DNA from: an uncultured Rikenellaceae bacterium
Lineage (GTDB): Bacteria > Bacteroidota > Bacteroidia > Bacteroidales > Rikenellaceae
Direction of reading: 5' to 3'
NCBI GenBank assembly: GCA_964370175.1
Contig: CAYJIF010000001.1
Coordinates: 5,732 to 69,731, forward strand
DNA length: 64,000 nucleotides
Positions 62,531 through 64,000 of this stretch are shown one piece after another; the first letter of the stretch is position 1; each line of letters starts with the position of its first letter. The translations under genes were made by a program, and so were the position numbers. Below the pieces are notes generated by a model, which was not told the origin of the DNA, ran no database searches, and was given only the letters and a program-made list of their open reading frames with translations.

Positions 62531-64000
62531 ATGGCAAGAGACCTTAAATTTACAAGAAATATCGGGATTATGGCTCACATCGATGCTGGTAAAACTACCA
62601 CATCAGAGCGTATCCTATTCTACACTGGTAAGACCCACAAAATTGGTGAGGTACACGAGGGTGGAGCAACAATGGACTGGATGGTTCAAGAGCAAGAACG
62701 TGGTATCACAATTACCTCGGCTGCTACTACAGCTTTCTGGGCATACAAAGACGACACATACCAAATCAACATTATCGACACCCCAGGTCACGTTGACTTC
62801 ACCGTAGAGGTGGAGCGTTCACTACGTGTACTTGACGGTGCTGTTGCAACTTTTTGTGCAGTAGGTGGTGTTGAACCTCAGAGTGAGACAGTATGGCGCC
62901 AAGCTGACAAATACAAAGTGCCTCGCATCGGATACGTTAACAAAATGGACCGTACAGGTGCTGACTTTGCGGCAGTATGTGCGCAAATCAAAGAACGCCT
63001 CGGAGCTAACGCACTTCCTATCGTACTACCTATCGGTTCGGAAGATAAATTCGAAGGCGTGGTGGACTTGGTGTACAACCAAGCATACATCTACTTCGAT
63101 GACAAAACCGTTCGCGATAACTATAAAATCGAAGAAATCCCTGCGGCACTTGCTGCAGAAGCGGCAGAAGCTCGCGCACATCTTATCGAAGAGGTTGCAG
63201 CGTCTGACGATGCACTTATGGAGAAATTCTTCGAAGATCCAGAATCTATCACACCAGACGAAATCATCAAAGCACTTCGTGTTGCTACTATCAACATGTC
63301 AGTAGTACCAATGCTTTGCGGTTCTTCGTTCAAAAACAAAGGTGTGCAGCTTCTTCTCGACTCAGTAATCGCATACCTTCCTTCGCCAATTGACGTGGAG
63401 GCTATCGTGGGTACTGACCCTAAAGACGAAGAAAAAGAAATTACTCGCAAACCAAGCGAAAGCGATCCATTCTGTGCACTTGCATTTAAGATTGCAACTG
63501 ACCCTTACGTAGGTCGCCTTGGTTTTGTTCGTGTATACTCTGGTAGACTGGATGCAGGTTCTTACGCTTTCAACAGCCGTTCGAACAAAAAAGAACGTAT
63601 CTCTCGTATCTACCAAATGCACGCTAACAAACAAAACCCTATTGAGTTTGTAGGCGCTGGTGATATCGCAGCAGTTGTAGGTTTCAAAGATGTTCGCACA
63701 GGCGACACGCTTTGCGACGAAAAGAACCTTATCGTACTTGAGTCGATGACCTTCCCTGATCCAGTTATTGGACTTGCGGTTGAGCCTAAAACTCAAAAAG
63801 ACTTGGATAAACTCGGTGTTGGCCTTTCTAAACTTGCAGAAGAAGACCCAACATTTACAGTACACACAGACGATATTTCGGGTCAAACCGTTATTTCGGG
63901 TATGGGTGAGCTTCACTTGGAAATCATCGTTGACCGCCTAAGACGTGAGTTTGGCGTAGAGATCAACCAAGGTGCTCCTCAAGTTAACTACAAAGAAGCA
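62531..64000 (+). CDS. fusA: elongation factor G (partial; runs off the window end)
   Basis: My own translation from ATG 62531 gives [51 protein letters not shown]. The frame is open to 64000. It is not in the ORF track because no stop falls in the window. Confidence 0.95.
   Translation, partial: MARDLKFTRNIGIMAHIDAGKTTTSERILFYTGKTHKIGEVHEGGATMDWMVQEQERGITITSAATTAFWAYKDDTYQINIIDTPGHVDFTVEVERSLRVLDGAVATFCAVGGVEPQSETVWRQADKYKVPRIGYVNKMDRTGADFAAVCAQIKERLGANALPIVLPIGSEDKFEGVVDLVYNQAYIYFDDKTVRDNYKIEEIPAALAAEAAEARAHLIEEVAASDDALMEKFFEDPESITPDEIIKALRVATINMSVVPMLCGSSFKNKGVQLLLDSVIAYLPSPIDVEAIVGTDPKDEEKEITRKPSESDPFCALAFKIATDPYVGRLGFVRVYSGRLDAGSYAFNSRSNKKERISRIYQMHANKQNPIEFVGAGDIAAVVGFKDVRTGDTLCDEKNLIVLESMTFPDPVIGLAVEPKTQKDLDKLGVGLSKLAEEDPTFTVHTDDISGQTVISGMGELHLEIIVDRLRREFGVEINQGAPQVNYKEA

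Noticed and set aside
1-64000. Looked for defence systems, toxin-antitoxin pairs, prophage or ICE genes, transposases, restriction-modification systems, rRNA/tRNA/tmRNA/RNase P signatures and CRISPR arrays
   Set aside because: None of the translated ORFs shows the corresponding motifs, and no spacer contains recognisable conserved RNA boxes. The window reads as core chromosome, so I do not claim a hidden island.

Overview
The window looks like an ordinary chromosomal, mostly housekeeping segment of a Bacteroidota (Bacteroidales-like) genome, about 50% GC. Three things point to that phylum. Many genes are preceded by the Bacteroidetes -7 promoter motif TAnnTTTG. Start codons sit in A-rich, Shine-Dalgarno-poor contexts. 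Several phylum-typical families are present (DUF3127, DUF3822, TIGR02757/DUF2400, 'putative porin'). I call 55 gene loci (57 CDS entries, because two read-through ORFs are each listed in two parts): kdsA, rarA, ackA/pta, alaS, polA, dxr, rseP, ruvA, korAB, cls, obg, a UvrD-family helicase, xerD, aroE/aroQ and rpsL-rpsG-fusA among them. I found no rRNA, tRNA, CRISPR array, transposase, prophage or recognisable defence or toxin-antitoxin module, so there is no clear-cut novel system here. The best candidates for new biology are listed below.
- A self-contained lipoprotein plus radical SAM/SPASM cassette.
- A DUF3127 protein built like a miniature SSB, with a disordered heptad linker and an ADDLPF tip.
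- Two junctions where a complete downstream gene is read in frame with no stop codon (Amidase_3-like protein into cyclophilin; riboflavin-kinase domain into rubrerythrin).
- A recurrent geometry in which the -7 motif lies only 4-9 nt from the start codon, implying leaderless mRNAs.
- Recurrent poly-C tracts on the sense strand just after stop codons, including two near-identical C10 elements.
- A 5 x 13-nt tandem repeat whose copies differ only by transitions.
All functional calls come from reading the supplied translations. No database search was run.
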